From: Phoronis australis
Taxonomy: Eukaryota; Animalia; Phoronida
Assembly (NCBI GenBank): GCA_002633005.1
Contig: NMRA01000179.1
Span: 217,954-281,953 of the forward strand
Length of the DNA stretch: 64,000 nucleotides
Direction of reading: 5' to 3'
The notes under the pieces are model-generated. The model was not told the DNA's origin and searched no databases. It saw nothing but the letters and a program-made list of their open reading frames with translations. Of the stretch, positions 13,201 to 27,210 are shown piece after piece. Within the stretch, counting starts at the first letter, position 1. Every line of letters starts with the position of its first letter. The position numbers and the translations under genes were made by a program.

Positions 13201-16200
13201 GAGGTGTCAGTGGTTTAGGCTTAGCCTTTCTGACATAAACCTCTCCAGTAGCCTTAAGAAGCAGGAGACCATGACATTTTACAATTTACTTACTGGTCAA
13301 CACATGAATCTGTAGAATGCACTAGAGTATACACGACTTTGTGATAAGATAGAAATTTCTTTAAACATTCTGCAACACACTATGACTTCACATCAATTGA
13401 AATGCTCAGACACATTGTTTAAAAATTAGCACGGAATTGGTGTAAAACAGTAACAATTGTTAGTACTCAAAACATTGACTTCTCAGCAGTAACGACCTAT
13501 ATTGTGTGCTACGTTTTGTAACTGAACGATCTGCAAATGACATAAGCTGACACCTGCTATGACCTCATCTAATGACTCACCTGTTCAACAGGAATGTATT
13601 CTCCCGTCTGCTGACAGCCAATATCAAACACATATTTCCCCTTTCCCTCAGTCTGGAAAAAAAAATCATTTTACAAACTCTATAACTCTTTAATTGCTGA
13701 TCTTATGTGACAGTTGTTACCGAGAAAACTTCCACATTAAAAGCATGCAGTTATAAATGTCTCACATTCACCATTACTTGCAGTCATCAAAATAACCAAA
13801 TGACTCAACAATGGAAAAAGATCTTCTCTTATTCTCAGCACCGCTATTGTCTGGAATAGCCATTGTACACGAAAACAGGAGAAAGAATTGTGCTGGTGAA
13901 TCTCTTGATTTATTTGTGAATGAATATGTGATCAGTGTACTGTTACACTCCACTTTATATGATATGAATATGTGATCAGTGTACTGATACACTCCACTTT
14001 ATATGATATGAATATGTGATCAGTGTACTGTTACACTACACTTTATATGATATGAATTCAGACCAAGATGATGATGGATAGTCATTATTCGTAACATCAT
14101 TCACGGAAAACCTCTTTTGATCATTTATCATCGCTCAGTGGCAATAACTAACATGAAAATTATCACGATTGATGACAAACCTTGGATTATTATACCACTT
14201 GTTAATATAAATTCTTATAAATCATTTACATGAACATCATATCATAGAATTCAAATGAATTCATAAAAATGGCTGGTACAAATTCATATAAAAAGTCTTT
14301 TGTGACAAGAACGAATTGCATGGGCACACTTTAGCAAGTCTGTAAAAGTGGTTAATCAGAATGCCTTTAGCATAATGTCAGCTCGCTAAATGCAACCGGG
14401 CAAAATTGAATGTCTGGGTCGTCAACTGCCATTGGGAAATGGTGTCCCCAATAACAAGGGAAACCTGTATGCAGAAGCATCACTCCATTCAAGATTTTTA
14501 CAAACATTTCCGATTCACATCCAATTGTGTTTACTTCTTTTTGTAGATTGAGTGTACGTACTGAGGATGGCAGATGTACTGATTTCACAAAATCAGTAGA
14601 AAATTTGAGAACCAAATGCATTGAATTTGGGGCAAAAGGATAACTTTTAAAGCTTGGAAGACACCACAAAATTTGAAGCGGAAAACAGGTAAATACTTAT
14701 TAGTCTGACTTCTTCTGAGTGTGATTGCAAAAATCTGACGACTTCTTGGTGACTTTTGATTTTTACCAGGTCATTAAACAAAAACCTGAGGTTGCCTTGG
14801 CGAGCTGCAGGTTACCAAGTTGAGCCCTGTTTTAGGCTAGGGAATGCTGACAAATTCTACACAGCATTAATTAAATTAAATTACATAATTACTGGTCTAA
14901 CATAATTGTACATACCCTATCCTCCTTCCAGTTTCCTACATATTTGTGATTGGCGTGAATAAGTTCTCCGGCAGCTTCTCGTTTTCCATCTTTCCATGTT
15001 CCCACATATTTTGTACCTGACAATAAATTCAAAATTTATACTCATCACAATTACTCTCCGGCAAAATTTGCTTACTTCAACATCCAAACTGACTTTTGCA
15101 GCTATTGTTTACTATGTAATTATCACAAAGTTTTACGGCGTTTTAACAGTCATGAAACTCTTTTCATACCTGTTTCAGCATAAATGTATGTCCCCTGACC
15201 GTGCCGGACGTGGCTCTGCCATTCACCCTCATAGATGTCGCCATTGATGTAGTAGTATTTGCCAAAACCACACCTCTGATCATCCACCCAGCTACCTGAA
15301 AGTCACAAGTAAAACAGAATTAAAGATAATATTCTCATCTACAGCAGTGTTGGAAAAAATTGTCAAACTTGAGCAAGATACATGTGGTTTTGTCAAAATT
15401 AGGACAAAAAACAGGCAAAAAGAAGGGAAATAATACAACCAATATAGAGAAACTTTTCCATATTAATTTTTGAAAAGAAAAAAAATCATCAACTTTTTAA
15501 AAAACGTCTGTTGTTTTCACTGATTGTTGTTTGGAGATACACCTGAAGCTTATAGCCCATTGGAAATTTCAGGTCAATTGGAGCTCAACAAGAAACTGCT
15601 GGAGACTAGTGGGAGTGGACTAAGACTGTTTATTGAAGTCACATCAAGTTTTTTCAATGTTAAGTCTATGTTCATCACATCTTATTTGAATTAATACCTC
15701 TACTACATTGTGTTTTTAGTTTCACTGGCATGCTCAAGAATTCTATCAGTCTATATAGGCTTGCCACATTTTCCGTATCTCCCAATACTGTTGTCTTCAA
15801 GTTCAAGGCATGCTTTGTCTGACTTTGTGGATGTACAGAAGCAGTCATTCCACAGCCATCAAAACACTAATCAAATCACGTTTGCACATAGGTTACTTTG
15901 AAGACACACATTCCGTTTATGATGAAATACAAAGCCCCTGCGTTTGATACAGCTGACAAAGTTAGGCTTTTAATTTTGTTTCCATATTCCATACCATTAC
16001 AGGATTTGATTTCCATCAATAACAAGATAAACAAAACCACCAACAACTCAAGAAAAATTCAAAATTTTTTGGACTAGGCCAAACCTGAAATTGCACATAC
16101 AAAAACGGCACATGTACACACTGTTTATAACTTAAGCTGGTAATGGAAATGGATTCCTATGGTGAAATGGCTGCTGTTGTTAGCCAGTCAACACGGCAAA

Positions 16201-19200
16201 ATGCAGCTTGGATAAAACTATGCATGATTCATCTTAGTTATAAATTACACATTTGACTTACCTTCATACTTTGAGCCATCAGGATAAATAAATGTCCCCT
16301 GGCCATGTTTCTTATTTTTGCTGTATTCACCAATATATCTGGCTCCATTTTTAAATCTGAAAAGCAATCAAACTAAAATTTATCACTTGAATATTAATCT
16401 TGCATCTGAATTTGTGCATGCGAAACATAATTATTCGTTGCTTTGTAGCTGATCTGCATAATACGACTCTAAAGTGTACTCAGAAAAAAATGTTTGGAAA
16501 TGAACAGTTGTTCAATGCAGCTTCATAAACCCTCCTTCTGTCGACAGAAATAAGTTCAATTTAGGCCACTTACCATAAACCTGGGTCAAAATAGATGTGA
16601 TTTCTGGGTGTAGGAAGAACTGGTAGTTTGTTATTGATTGACACCAGGATGACAAACTGTCATATGACATATCACTTTATTTGCCAAGCACATGATCTCG
16701 AGGATTGACAAGTTGTCAGTTCTTTGTAAGACCAAAAATTACTTGTTATTTCTGTAAGAAAAATTTGAGTCCAGTTGTATAATGGTAAGTGGTCCAAACC
16801 AAAATTTAGTTTCGTGGAATGACACCAGGTTTCTTGCCGCTTTGAGCATGCACACTAATATGTCAATGAGTCTGTGTGTCCTAAACAATAACCAAGTAAC
16901 TAATGTGTAGAATTATAGATTTAGATTTATAAACAAAATTAAACTCAATTGAACACAAAAGTGAATGCAGACCTAGGACACACTCACTAAGGCTAGTATA
17001 CGCATTCAGGTGCAGCTGCAGCAAGTTGCTAGTGTTAGGAAAGAGGTCACCAAACTGACCTCATACTAACAAAATGGCCGTCAACATTCATGTAACTGGC
17101 TACCTAATGCAGTGTTCTGAGTAACAGAAAATTCAAATTCGACTAGAATTTCAAAATTCGTGTACATGTTAAAAATTCCATGTCCATACTGTGAAGAGTT
17201 TGTATAAAACTTGGTATATATGCATTGAATTGGTACAAAAAATCAAAATGCCTTAGCATGAGAAATCAGGAATCTCCCAATACTTCAAACTTGTTGCATA
17301 GGTTTTCAAATTCGATGTAAAAAGCCAATTTTTCTTACAACAAAATTCAAACTCGAGGCAATGGCAAGTCAGAAAAGATTGTGAAAAACACTGTGGTATC
17401 TGAATGACTAGTCATAATGAGTGTGCCCTTGAAAATTTACAAGCAAAAATAAAAATATGATAGTGATTGTATCCCACCCCATTGGTGCTTCTTTGAATCT
17501 AAAACAGAAGACTATAGAGAGTAAAGGAGGCAAAGTGAAATTTGTGCAGCTATGTAATAGGTAAAATATTCAGTTTTTATGGAAAGACAAACATCTAACT
17601 TTTACCACAAGTTTTCATTAACTTCAATTACGTTCAGTTTGAAGGATGTCAAAACTCGACAAACTGCTCAACAAATTCTACAAAGAAGGTAGACATATTT
17701 GACATATTTTAACACTTGCACAGATAATATATGTTTCATTAGCCATGACGTGTTGGGTGTTACTATAACATAGGAGAATTAAATAGAGAGACAAGCAATG
17801 ATATAAGAACATAATTTTTTTCAATATTGCCAGTTTTCAGAGTAAACATAGAACATTAGCCAGTGGCTATTGTCACTGACAATGTAATAATTGGAACATT
17901 CATTTCCTACCGTTGCCTGCATTCATTCACTCACTAGCAAGACTGAGCTCAGGGGAGTAGAAGATACTTTTGTGCAATAATCGATTGTCTGCCAGTGAAG
18001 CCAGAATTTAAACCCGAGTCTCCCAAACAGGAGTCTGGAGCTCAAACACCTGAGATGCACAGTTTCCTCATGAAACGTCTTGTAAAATCAAAATGTGACC
18101 CTTGACATCATAATAGAACCGGCAAATTGAAGATTTTGAACATAAAAGTATACTCACAAAGCATATGCAACACCTGAAAGATTGATGTGCGTTTACTAAA
18201 CCATGAACATTAAACCTTGCAGATCTACACTATCACCCTTTTCTTCCAAACACCAAGGCATACCTATATGTTCCCTGGCCATGGCGTTTTCCATTTTCAT
18301 AGAGTCCTTCATATGTGTCTCCATTGGGAAGTGTTGCCTTTCCGTGACCGTGTCGCTCATCTTTTTCATTTCGTTCACCTTCATATTCCTATAAGTAAAC
18401 AGCAAAATTACCCTGTCAGCCACGTGAGGGATCTCAAAGCTCACCAGTAACATTCATGACCTGGAGCTGAGTGATACTCAGTAAAATTTAACCAGGAAGT
18501 CTTAAGATCAACTGATACTTAGTGGTGTGGTCATTCCTGCCACCACTTGACAAACAAATTGCAACAAGTCTATGTCATACCTAGAATTAAATACAGAAAA
18601 AGTTGTTGAAGGAAATTAAGTTCATGCCAATAATGGTTAATCCCTATGCTAAGAATATGCAGCCCTTAAACAGAGCTGAAGGTTTATGGGCTGCGTTTTC
18701 ACCACTTGGTGAAATGCTGGGTAAAAATTGAAATTGGAAGAATGCCAAGTGAATAGTAAGCCAAATATTCGAGAGATTAAGTTCTTTTGAAGAGACTGAT
18801 TTGCGAGCAGTTATATTCGACTTGTTATTTCTACTGAAAAATGTGTTCATGAGATCGCAATTTCAATGTGTGCACTGTGCAGGTTAATATTTGATGTGCA
18901 ATACACGTGTGAAATGTATGACTTAATTCTAGTTTCATTGAGCGGATTTCGTGTTTACTGGCTATCTCCAAGCAGGCCTGACCATTCCTTGGAACAAGAT
19001 GACCTAATAAAAGACTTCAGAACTATCAACAACAAAAAGTAACCATTAATGTCAGTGATCATAATGTAAAATATGAAAAACAAAAGCAGTAATCAGATGT
19101 TTGTACCCTTTGATATGTTCTGTGATTGAGATTATTTGGACCAAGATTGGATGACTTGCTTGACTCATGGCAGTGGCAGTAGACTGGTTCTGACATGAAG

Positions 19201-19642
19201 AGTGAGACTGGGATTAGTAGTAGCACTGTCTAGGCTGCTAGTGCTCACGTTGTGAGCAAGAGCCCACGGAAGACAAGTTTATTTGGACTTGAGACAACCA
19301 CGTTTGGAGGTCGATCAGGCTCAGGCAAAGTTTTTGACAATTGAAAGCGTCAAAAGATTGTGTTTCTTATACGGTAATGAGGCGTGTTATATTGAGATCC
19401 GAACGCCTGTATCAGTCTGTGACAGTACTCTGCCTCGACTTTGTCCCTGTCATAGCCCATAGCCCATGGTCTAGCCAGGCATTGCCATGCCTGGTGCATT
19501 TACTGCTACTCGCACCCAAACAACGAAGTACTGAAGTTTAAAAAGCTAAAGGAAACTCCTGCAGTTCTCACATAAAATTTGTACTTACGCCTAAGTAAGG
19601 TCCCTGCTCCTCTTCCTCGTAATCTGAGCCTAAATCTGACAT
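10083..19642 (-). CDS. RSPH1: Radial spoke head 1 homolog (MORN-repeat axonemal protein), complete 8-exon CDS, 326 aa
   Basis: join(19589-19642, 18264-18388, 16262-16356, 15170-15295, 14916-15016, 13581-13652, 11999-12257, 10083-10231) = 981 nt. All introns are GT-AG and phases are compatible. Starts [46 protein letters not shown], continues through MORN repeats (YxGxW...HGxG) and ends in an acidic tail. Confidence 0.95.
11999..12257 (-). CDS. RSPH1: RSPH1 exon 7
   Basis: ccttag| [36 protein letters not shown]...PTEE |gtaggc. Contains the conserved PKW motif. Confidence 0.9.
13581..13652 (-). CDS. RSPH1: RSPH1 exon 6
   Basis: ttccag| [24 protein letters not shown] |gtgagt. Confidence 0.92.
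13921..14057. repeat. Intronic minisatellite, 44-bp unit x ~3
   Basis: TGAATATGTGATCAGTGTACTG(T/A)TACACT(C/A)CACTTTATATGATA starting at 13921, 13965 and 14009. Confidence 0.9.
14916..15016 (-). CDS. RSPH1: RSPH1 exon 5
   Basis: tgtcag| (G)[33 protein letters not shown] |gtatgt. Confidence 0.93.
15170..15295 (-). CDS. RSPH1: RSPH1 exon 4
   Basis: tttcag| (G)[41 protein letters not shown] |gtatga. Confidence 0.94.
16262..16356 (-). CDS. RSPH1: RSPH1 exon 3
   Basis: tttcag| (R)[31 protein letters not shown] |gtaagt. Confidence 0.94.
17110..17393. mobile_element. Possible degenerate MITE with CAGTGTT termini (RSPH1 intron 2)
   Basis: CAGTGTT ... AACACTG with repeated AAATTCG-like internal motifs. 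No TSD is visible. Confidence 0.3.
18264..18388 (-). CDS. RSPH1: RSPH1 exon 2
   Basis: ttatag| [41 protein letters not shown] |gtatgc. Confidence 0.94.
19589..19642 (-). CDS. RSPH1: RSPH1 exon 1 (start)
   Basis: aacaca[21 protein letters not shown], |gtaagt. Confidence 0.93.
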
Positions 19643-19737
19643 TGTGTTTGATAATTTTTTATAAATATAGAAGCTCGAACCGAACACTCAACCACCGGGT
19701 GTTTCACGTACTTTCAAGATGGCAGTCTAAACAGCTT

Positions 19738-19750
19738 GTTGCCAAGTAAC
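19738..19750. promoter_or_regulatory. RFX X-box in the RSPH1 promoter
   Basis: GTTGCCAAGTAAC fits GTNRCC(N0-3)RGYAAC and lies about 100 bp upstream of the ATG of a motile-cilia gene. Confidence 0.7.
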
Positions 19751-21919
19751 CACAACTAAGCAAGCAGCAGCGCTACCTTTCGGCCATTTGTCAAATTTCA
19801 CAACAGATGACGCTTGCGCAGCAACACAAATACATTCGTAGTACACTGTAGGCCTACGTGTGGGTGTGTGCCCGTTGCCCGTGTCCGTGGGCACATGCGC
19901 TTGATGCGTTTAAAACTTTTGCACAGTTTGTTTCACATATAGCCGTTCTTGAGTTAATTGGTAACATTTTGTAGTTATTTGACTGGATGCACAAATTTGT
20001 CGATAACATCAGGAAACTTGCTCCTCAGTGATGTTGAATCGCAGGCGCCTGTAGACTGAGACGCCTAAATAAAAATACAGAGGTAGCTTCACATCCGCAT
20101 GAGCCTAAATTCGTGAATTACAACCGGAAATGGAGGCTGCAAAAACAAATTTACCGGGGGATCTAGGAGTCGCATTAATGGAAAGTAGGTATCTTAGATG
20201 AAATCTGATGAGTCCTTGCGGGCGGGGAGTTAGTGCCGGAGCCAGATTGCGCTGGATGGTCGACACTGATTGAAAGAAGACTTACGCCCACACAATATAA
20301 TTACGAAGATATTTTCACTTAATTGAATTTCTGAAAAAGAAATGTAACTCATCAACACAGTGTCAAATGAAGCCATGGCTGTTATCAGTCCAGAAGAACT
20401 ATAGACGCAGGTGAGGTGAGATGTGCTGTACAAAAACTACTTATCTGATAACTTTCAAAATTATGTCCTTGAAATGATATTCTCAGTGCGCTTTGAGTGT
20501 TAAAATTGCTGGTCTTAAATTTGGCAAATAATGCCTTTTCGTGTGTTTGACATCGAAGCGAATCATGATCTACCGGAAAATTCCCACATGCATTCTCTAA
20601 CAATGAACAGTGGATCAGATTTTCTGGCAACTCCGATTTTCCACGATTATCTTTACAAAATTCGAGAACACGCTGTATCGGGGATATTTTTGTACCTGAA
20701 TCATCGATCATGATTCGTTTTAGTGAATGAAATATCGGGATTTCGTTTAATTTGAATTTTAGCCTTCATATTTGCCAAATTCCTCTCTAACAACTTAAGA
20801 ATATTTTTGAAATTTTATTTTGAACCAAGTTGTGACATCAGAATAATATTAAAAGACCTTGGGAAACAGGACCCAGGTAACGTATAATAGATTAGCGCAC
20901 TGCCCGGGTCAGATATTCGTAAATATTGGTCCGATAACACCTTTTCACGAATTTTAAAGCATTGACTCCGTCGTTTTCTTCGTTGGACTCCAAATCACTA
21001 TGTATTTTACTTGGTCACGTTTTCGCCACGGGATTATTTTTTGTTGTAAAACTTTAACGAATATGTCCCTCCTCTGTTTCGTCAATTAGAAAGGTTCCCT
21101 TTAAAAGATTCCAACAGCTTACAATTTTCTAGACTCGTTTTCCATACTACTTTTCACGTGATCTGGTATTCACCCCATCTGGTTAGAACCATTTACTTTG
21201 TAAGCCAACGCTAATGCATTGTCTTTACTGTACCTATTTGTACATGTACATCCCGGCGGTCGGATCAAGTCAGTATACTCTGCATGTAACCGGATGCGGT
21301 ATTTTCAGGGGAAAAGCATGTCATTATCATTTCAAATCGGCCATAAAGAAGAAACGCCCGTCGACCATGTCTACTTTTGATAACTTCCCCTGTTTCCTTT
21401 TCTTGTAAACTGTCCATTTGCCCTGCGAGCCAGAAGTGGTGCTTAGCTTCGCCGATTTTTGACCGGACTGTCACGAAGTGCCGTCGACTAACACGATATG
21501 TTATTTGGCAAGTCTGCATGTAAGTGAGCCGACTCGTGGAGCACAGGTGTGAATATCAAACGACTTATCGTGTTTGCCTGCGCGAACATAAATAAAAAAC
21601 TCAATAACCGATGCTGTTCGCGGGCTATGTCATGAAACGTTTGTAGTCCTTGTTTGAGATTAATGGAACCGTCCTTGGGATTTTGTGAAGATATGGGTGA
21701 AATTGTCAGCTTTCTAAAAAGTCACTGTAAGAAATGAAAGTCGCCGATAACCTGAAAAACAAAAGAAACGAGCATGTAAATCACCGGTTATCTCTTCCTG
21801 GTTTCATTTAATTCAGTTAAGCTTCCAGTCATAGTAGTGCGGCGCCCCCTGTCGACTGTTGAATAAAACTCGATTGGGCGAGAACTGGACATCTTCAGCA
21901 GTTTATTCGAAATATTTCA

Positions 21920-22519
21920 CAGTGGGGGATCTAGGATACCATAAGGGGGAGCCCAACACGGAATTGAGCAAAGCGCAATTGTATCTGCACAGGCGGCCCG
22001 AAAGCTCTGGGGCGGGGATATGGACCGCCTGCTCAGAAACTGTATCGGAGGACTAAAAAAAATAATAAAACGAAAACGGGAACACGATTCCGCCGTGATC
22101 TGGGTCTGACCCCCTCCCCCACATTCGCTACCGGTCCTAGTTGCTGAACTCAATATTTCCTCGCTCTTCGCGCTGTTGCTGTTTCATTTTACTTGCGGCA
22201 GNATCTAGGATACCATAAGGGGGAGCCCAACACGTTGCCGCGGGGAATTGAGCAAAGCGCAATTGTATCTGCACAGGCGGCCCGAAAGCTCTGGGGCGGG
22301 GATATGGACCGCCTGCTCAGAAACTGTATCGGAGGACTAAAAAAAATAATAAAAAGAAAACGGGAACACGATTCCGCCGTGATCTGGGTCTGACCCCTCC
22401 CCCACATCCGCTACCGGTCCTAGTTGCTGAACTCAATATTTCCTCGCTCTTCGCGCTGTTGTTGTTTCATTTTACTTGCGGCAGCCAAGGGCCCCCTGTC
22501 CCCCCTAAATCCGCCTATG
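21920..22519. mobile_element. hAT-like MITE with 5-bp TSD (TTTCA); interior duplicated at a contig join
   Basis: tttca|CAGTGGGGGATCTAGG ... CCTAAATCCGCCTATG|tttca. Segment 21929-22201 repeats as 22203-22483 across a single N. Confidence 0.7.
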
Positions 22520-24543
22520 TTTCATATTGCGAAATTGAAACAGCCAACTAAAAAATGTTATAACATCACATTCGATGTTGCCATGTGATGACGTTCAGGC
22601 TTTAATAGGAAGTAATTATATTTGTTAGAGACTGTTCTTCTTTTAAAAAGGTTGCTAAGGTACGTTATTTAAGATACGTAATTTCAATTAATTATCTCTA
22701 CCAGATTAGACAAAACATGCAGAGATTTATTTCGGTCATCGAACTAATGTGTTGGTACAGCTAATCGAACTTTTCATGGTAATCAATGTATCGTCAATAA
22801 AGAAATTACACGCCTAATAAATTTCTGTGGACACAACCAGTTGCCACACAAAACGTGTGAAAGGGTAAACGGCTACATGTATGCCAGCCACGCCGAGACG
22901 GCAGGCAGCAAAATACCGTTCAGGAAAGAATACGTATTTTAAAGTAAAATACACTTGACTTAAAGTTTTAGACTAATACTCTAATAAACGTTTTCTGTTG
23001 TTCCGGATACGAAATCCTTTATTTTTGTCCACTGATTTTCCGATCTGTTTCATCTCTGAGAAAGGGTCGTTGTTGCACTATTCCGCATTTGTTTGTGTTC
23101 AAAGGCAGTCCAGGATAGTGTTTATAATCGAGCTTGGAACTGAATGCAGGCCTTGTTTCACAGGTTCACCAGTTCCACTGAAGCTCAGTATAAACATCAA
23201 CAAACTTTGATTGAAAAATAGTCAATTAATTATAAAATGCTTTTAATCAAACAAAAGTGCTCTTAAACATTCATTCAGAAAATGATATGCCGTGATAAGT
23301 TTGTTTGTCCTATTCATTTAGCAACGCCAACGCTTAGATACTACTACAAACGCCGATAACATTTCTAATTGTTCGACCCCTTGAGAAGAGGTGTCGCCTA
23401 TACGCATATTCAGATTGAAAAAAAAAATGTGCCTAAAATCAAACTTCCACAAAAATATGAAAATTGCATTGCAAACTAAGGGTTCCCAGATAGCTAAGTC
23501 GAAATTTGGACGTGCAACGATTTAGGACTGCTCCGGGGGGCAATCACATTTGCTTGAGCTAAACCATGATTGTCACGTGACTTCTCTTGTTTAGATATCA
23601 ATGGTAACGACCGGTTCAAATCGATAGGATTCACGCTGACTATTAATATCATAAATACGATCGCTGGTCATCAACACTTCTAGCCGAACCACAGCTGATG
23701 TATGTAGCTAAGGAGACCACCCCACGAACCTGAGGTTGCCGGAGTTACAGTGAGGTACCTGGCCGTGTCACTGCGACATTGTCGTACTTCAAGAATTTCT
23801 TAATCAATGAAATGAAACTGGTGAATTGAGCAGACAATTGTGTTTTGGAGCTGAATACCACTGTAGCCGGACTGAAGAACCAAATCGAAGAACGAGTGAG
23901 TGAGCCCAGGACAATTGCAAACTCAGAAATTACGTCTACAGGGTCTTAGTGAGAAACGGTTTGATACCAAATTTCATATTACAGTAAGTAGTCTTAATCA
24001 ACATTAGGTTTTGACTGGTAACTCTGAAGAGACACGGAAATGAAATTAGAGGAAATGAGATAGATGTCTGATTAATCCCTAGACACTGACAAACTATTGC
24101 CTGCTCATGGGAGTGAGCACCAGCTCCAAACTGAGCGATTTGCTCTCGTGCAAACCGTACAGAATGTCCTGAAACTGGAACTAAAATCCGATTTTTGTTA
24201 TAACTTATCCCTGCACACTACTTGTCAACCTTTCGTCAGATTATATGATATTTACTTTGATTTTAGTCAAATAGAATTGTGTAATCGGTATTTTTATCTT
24301 AGCTTAGTGATGTACTTTAGGCGCATACGCAGTAAGTAAATACAGCCCATAAAGTATTAAAGTGATCCACCAGCTTAGTAGGCCCCCATTGAGACTGTCC
24401 CTGTCCATTAGAAAATTGTTATGAATTCGACTGCTCTGAAAAAGCACAGCAATCTTGCTGCCGTTTCCTCCCAAGCCCAGAAATTATGACTACTGGGGAA
24501 ATGTTGAGACCATTTTGCTGTAATCAAGGCCTAAATCGGCAAA

Positions 24544-25881
24544 AATATTTTTGACACTAGGAAGGCAGGTTTGTAGTATCATTCGTTGGTTCATCATAAG
24601 ACTGCGTTACGTATATATGTGGTTGTTTACTTTTGAAAGTAGTTTTTTCAAAAATTAGAATTGCCTCAGTGATAATATTTCCGAAATATTTAAAATGATT
24701 TTAAACTTGAGAAAATTAAAGGAGTTGTTGACCATGTAGTCACGCAGTAAACCATCAGCATCCCATGCGCGGCATGACTAAGTGCCACACATGTCTGCAA
24801 ATTTTGTGATTTTATTACTTCGAGAAGTTTACACTGTAAACCTCGTAACATTGACTTGGCAAACTCAACTTAGAACATTTCCGGAACACTATATTGCGAG
24901 TCATTAGTGCAATTTGACGCAACCCATAGCACCGTTTATACAAGAGGTCAAACACCAGCTACACCGAAAGTATTGATATTTGTGCACTTTGATTAAACCA
25001 AGACGACGGAGTGGCCCGCCTTTCAACAGCTACCAAGAGTGTGGGTGGATGGGGGAAAGGGGGGNNNNNNNNNNNNNNNNNNNNNNNNNNNNNNNNNNNN
25101 NNNNNNNNNNNNNNNNNNNNNNNNNNNNNNNNNNNNNNNNNNNNNNNNNNNNNNNNNNNNNNNNNNNNNNNNNNNNNNNNNNNNNNNNNNNNNNNNNNNN
25201 NNNNNNNNNNNNNNNNNNNNNNNNNNNNNNNNNNNNNNNNNNNNNNNNNNNNNNNNNNNNNNNNNNNNNNNNNNNNNNNNNNNNNNNNNNNNNNNNNNNN
25301 NNNNNNNNNNNNNNNNNNNNNNNNNNNNNNNNNNNNNNNNNNNNNNNNNNNNNNNNNNNNNAATATTTTTGACACTAGGAAGGCAGGTTTGTAGTATCAT
25401 TCGTTGGTTCATCATAAGACTGCGTTACATATATATGTGGTTGTTTACTTTTGAAAGTAGTTTTTTCAAAAATTAGAATTGCCTCAGTGATAATATTTCC
25501 GAAATATTTAAAATGATTTTAAACTTGAGAAAATTAAAGGAGTTGTTGACCATGTAGTCACGCAGCAAACCATCAGCATCCCATGCGCGGCATGACTAAG
25601 TGCCACACATGTCTGCAAATTTTGTGATTTTATTACTTCGAGAAGTTTACACTGTAAACCTTGTAACATTGACTTGGCAAACTCAACTTAGAACGTTTCC
25701 GGAACACTATATTGCGAGTCATTAGTGCAATTTGACGCAACCCATAGCACCGTTTATACAAGAGGTCAAACACCAGCTACACCGAAAGTATTGATATTTG
25801 TGCACTTTGATTAAACCAAGACGACGAAGTGGCCCGCCTTTCAACAGCTACCAAGAGTGTGGGTGGATGGGGGAAAGGGGG
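24544..25881. repeat. ~520-bp near-identical duplication flanking gap 25065-25361 (probable haplotype overlap artefact)
   Basis: 24544-25064 matches 25362-25881 with only a few substitutions, and both copies abut the N-run. Confidence 0.8.
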
Positions 25882-27210
25882 GAGGGGTTAATTGGGCGTT
25901 GACCTTTGCCGTTTCTTTCAATAGTGACAGTGCTGACTGATTGCAAACCGGATGGCTCTCAACGTTCTGTAGAGACAACATACTACAGTATATTCTGAAT
26001 GTCCCAAACCGTTTTGTCTGATCATGCTGCATGATGCCTAGGGTCCAAATATGGCCAATATTTCACATGCCATTATGATTAGCCGCTGCATGACATCACA
26101 TGCGAATCATGTTTGACGTATGCGCGTAAATGCCGAAAAAGTACTTTATAATTCGAAAGCAATTAAAAGTCGGTGATACGTAGATGTGAATATACAACTA
26201 AATACATTAATAGTAATTTTCAGTTATATGGCAACCGACCCATCTTTGCGGCCACAGTTCATTTGCCGTACTGTTATGCAGGCAACACCGAAGAGTAAAT
26301 TCAGTAAATAATTGCTTTGGAACCAAATGTAAATCGAGAAGTACACCCTCTTGGGCATACATTTCGAAGTGACGAAGATACGCTCGGATGTGTCAATATT
26401 CACGGTGGAGTGAACTCGCGTGCAAATTGAGGCCAACTGACTCTATACACTAGGCACACGTCTCACGACCAGGGACTGGAGGAGAAACAGTAGGCGACTA
26501 GGAGAAACGAGAAACTAAAGTAGGTGGCGAACACCGGAAAGAGGGTGATGACCGGGAAAGAGGAATTCTTCTACGTAGGTTTAGTATATTTGGGTGAAGT
26601 TCTGTCACATGCTCAAGCGAACTGCCTTCGCAATGCCAAGTCTAGATACGCCTGTAATACAAGGCCTTTGAAACCCGATAATAGAAGAAAATATATAATC
26701 ATTCCTAAAAAACTGACTTCCTTGAACAACTACATGACTAAATGTATGCGTATTGTTTTAACCACTTGGCTGTTTCTGAGTCATAAAATTGGCGAATTTA
26801 ATGCCGGCAAACTAACAGAAATGTGATACTGTAATCATTGCACATAGCTTGGAACGAAGGTCCATGAAATTGTGCAATAGAGACTGATTCATTTGCTTGC
26901 GTTTGGCTGATCATTGCGTGATAGATTGTTTTTTTATTGTTAAAATGACGTGCGAAACTTCATCAGTCAATATCAAGTTCATATCACAGTGTCGCCATAT
27001 ATCGATCAATATTAAAACAATGGCAAACCTATTACAATAAGTTGTATGAAAATTGTCAACTTCATATCAGGCAGTTTAATTAACAAGCGAAAAGATGAGG
27101 AGTCTATAGAAAACGTCAAGCTCATGGTTTGGGTTATCCGAACAATCATGCTGATTGAAAGCCACAGGGTGACGTACGTAACAGACAATACCCACTCTTG
27201 CCATGTTGTA

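Noticed and set aside
20203-20250. CTGATGAGTCC resembling a hammerhead ribozyme core
   Set aside because: No complementary stem II partner followed by GAAA is present.
21420-21525. QKW...VC peptide suggesting another THAP remnant
   Set aside because: It lacks the N-terminal Cys pair and the HF motif, and the match is too short.
21929-22483. ~275-bp tandem duplication
   Set aside because: The copies are joined by a single N and differ by a few SNPs and a 10-bp indel, as expected for overlapping allelic contig ends. Likely an artefact; read depth would confirm.
24544-25881. ~520-bp direct repeat
   Set aside because: Both copies abut the gap and are near identical, so this is a haplotype overlap rather than LTRs. 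No TG..CA ends or TSD.
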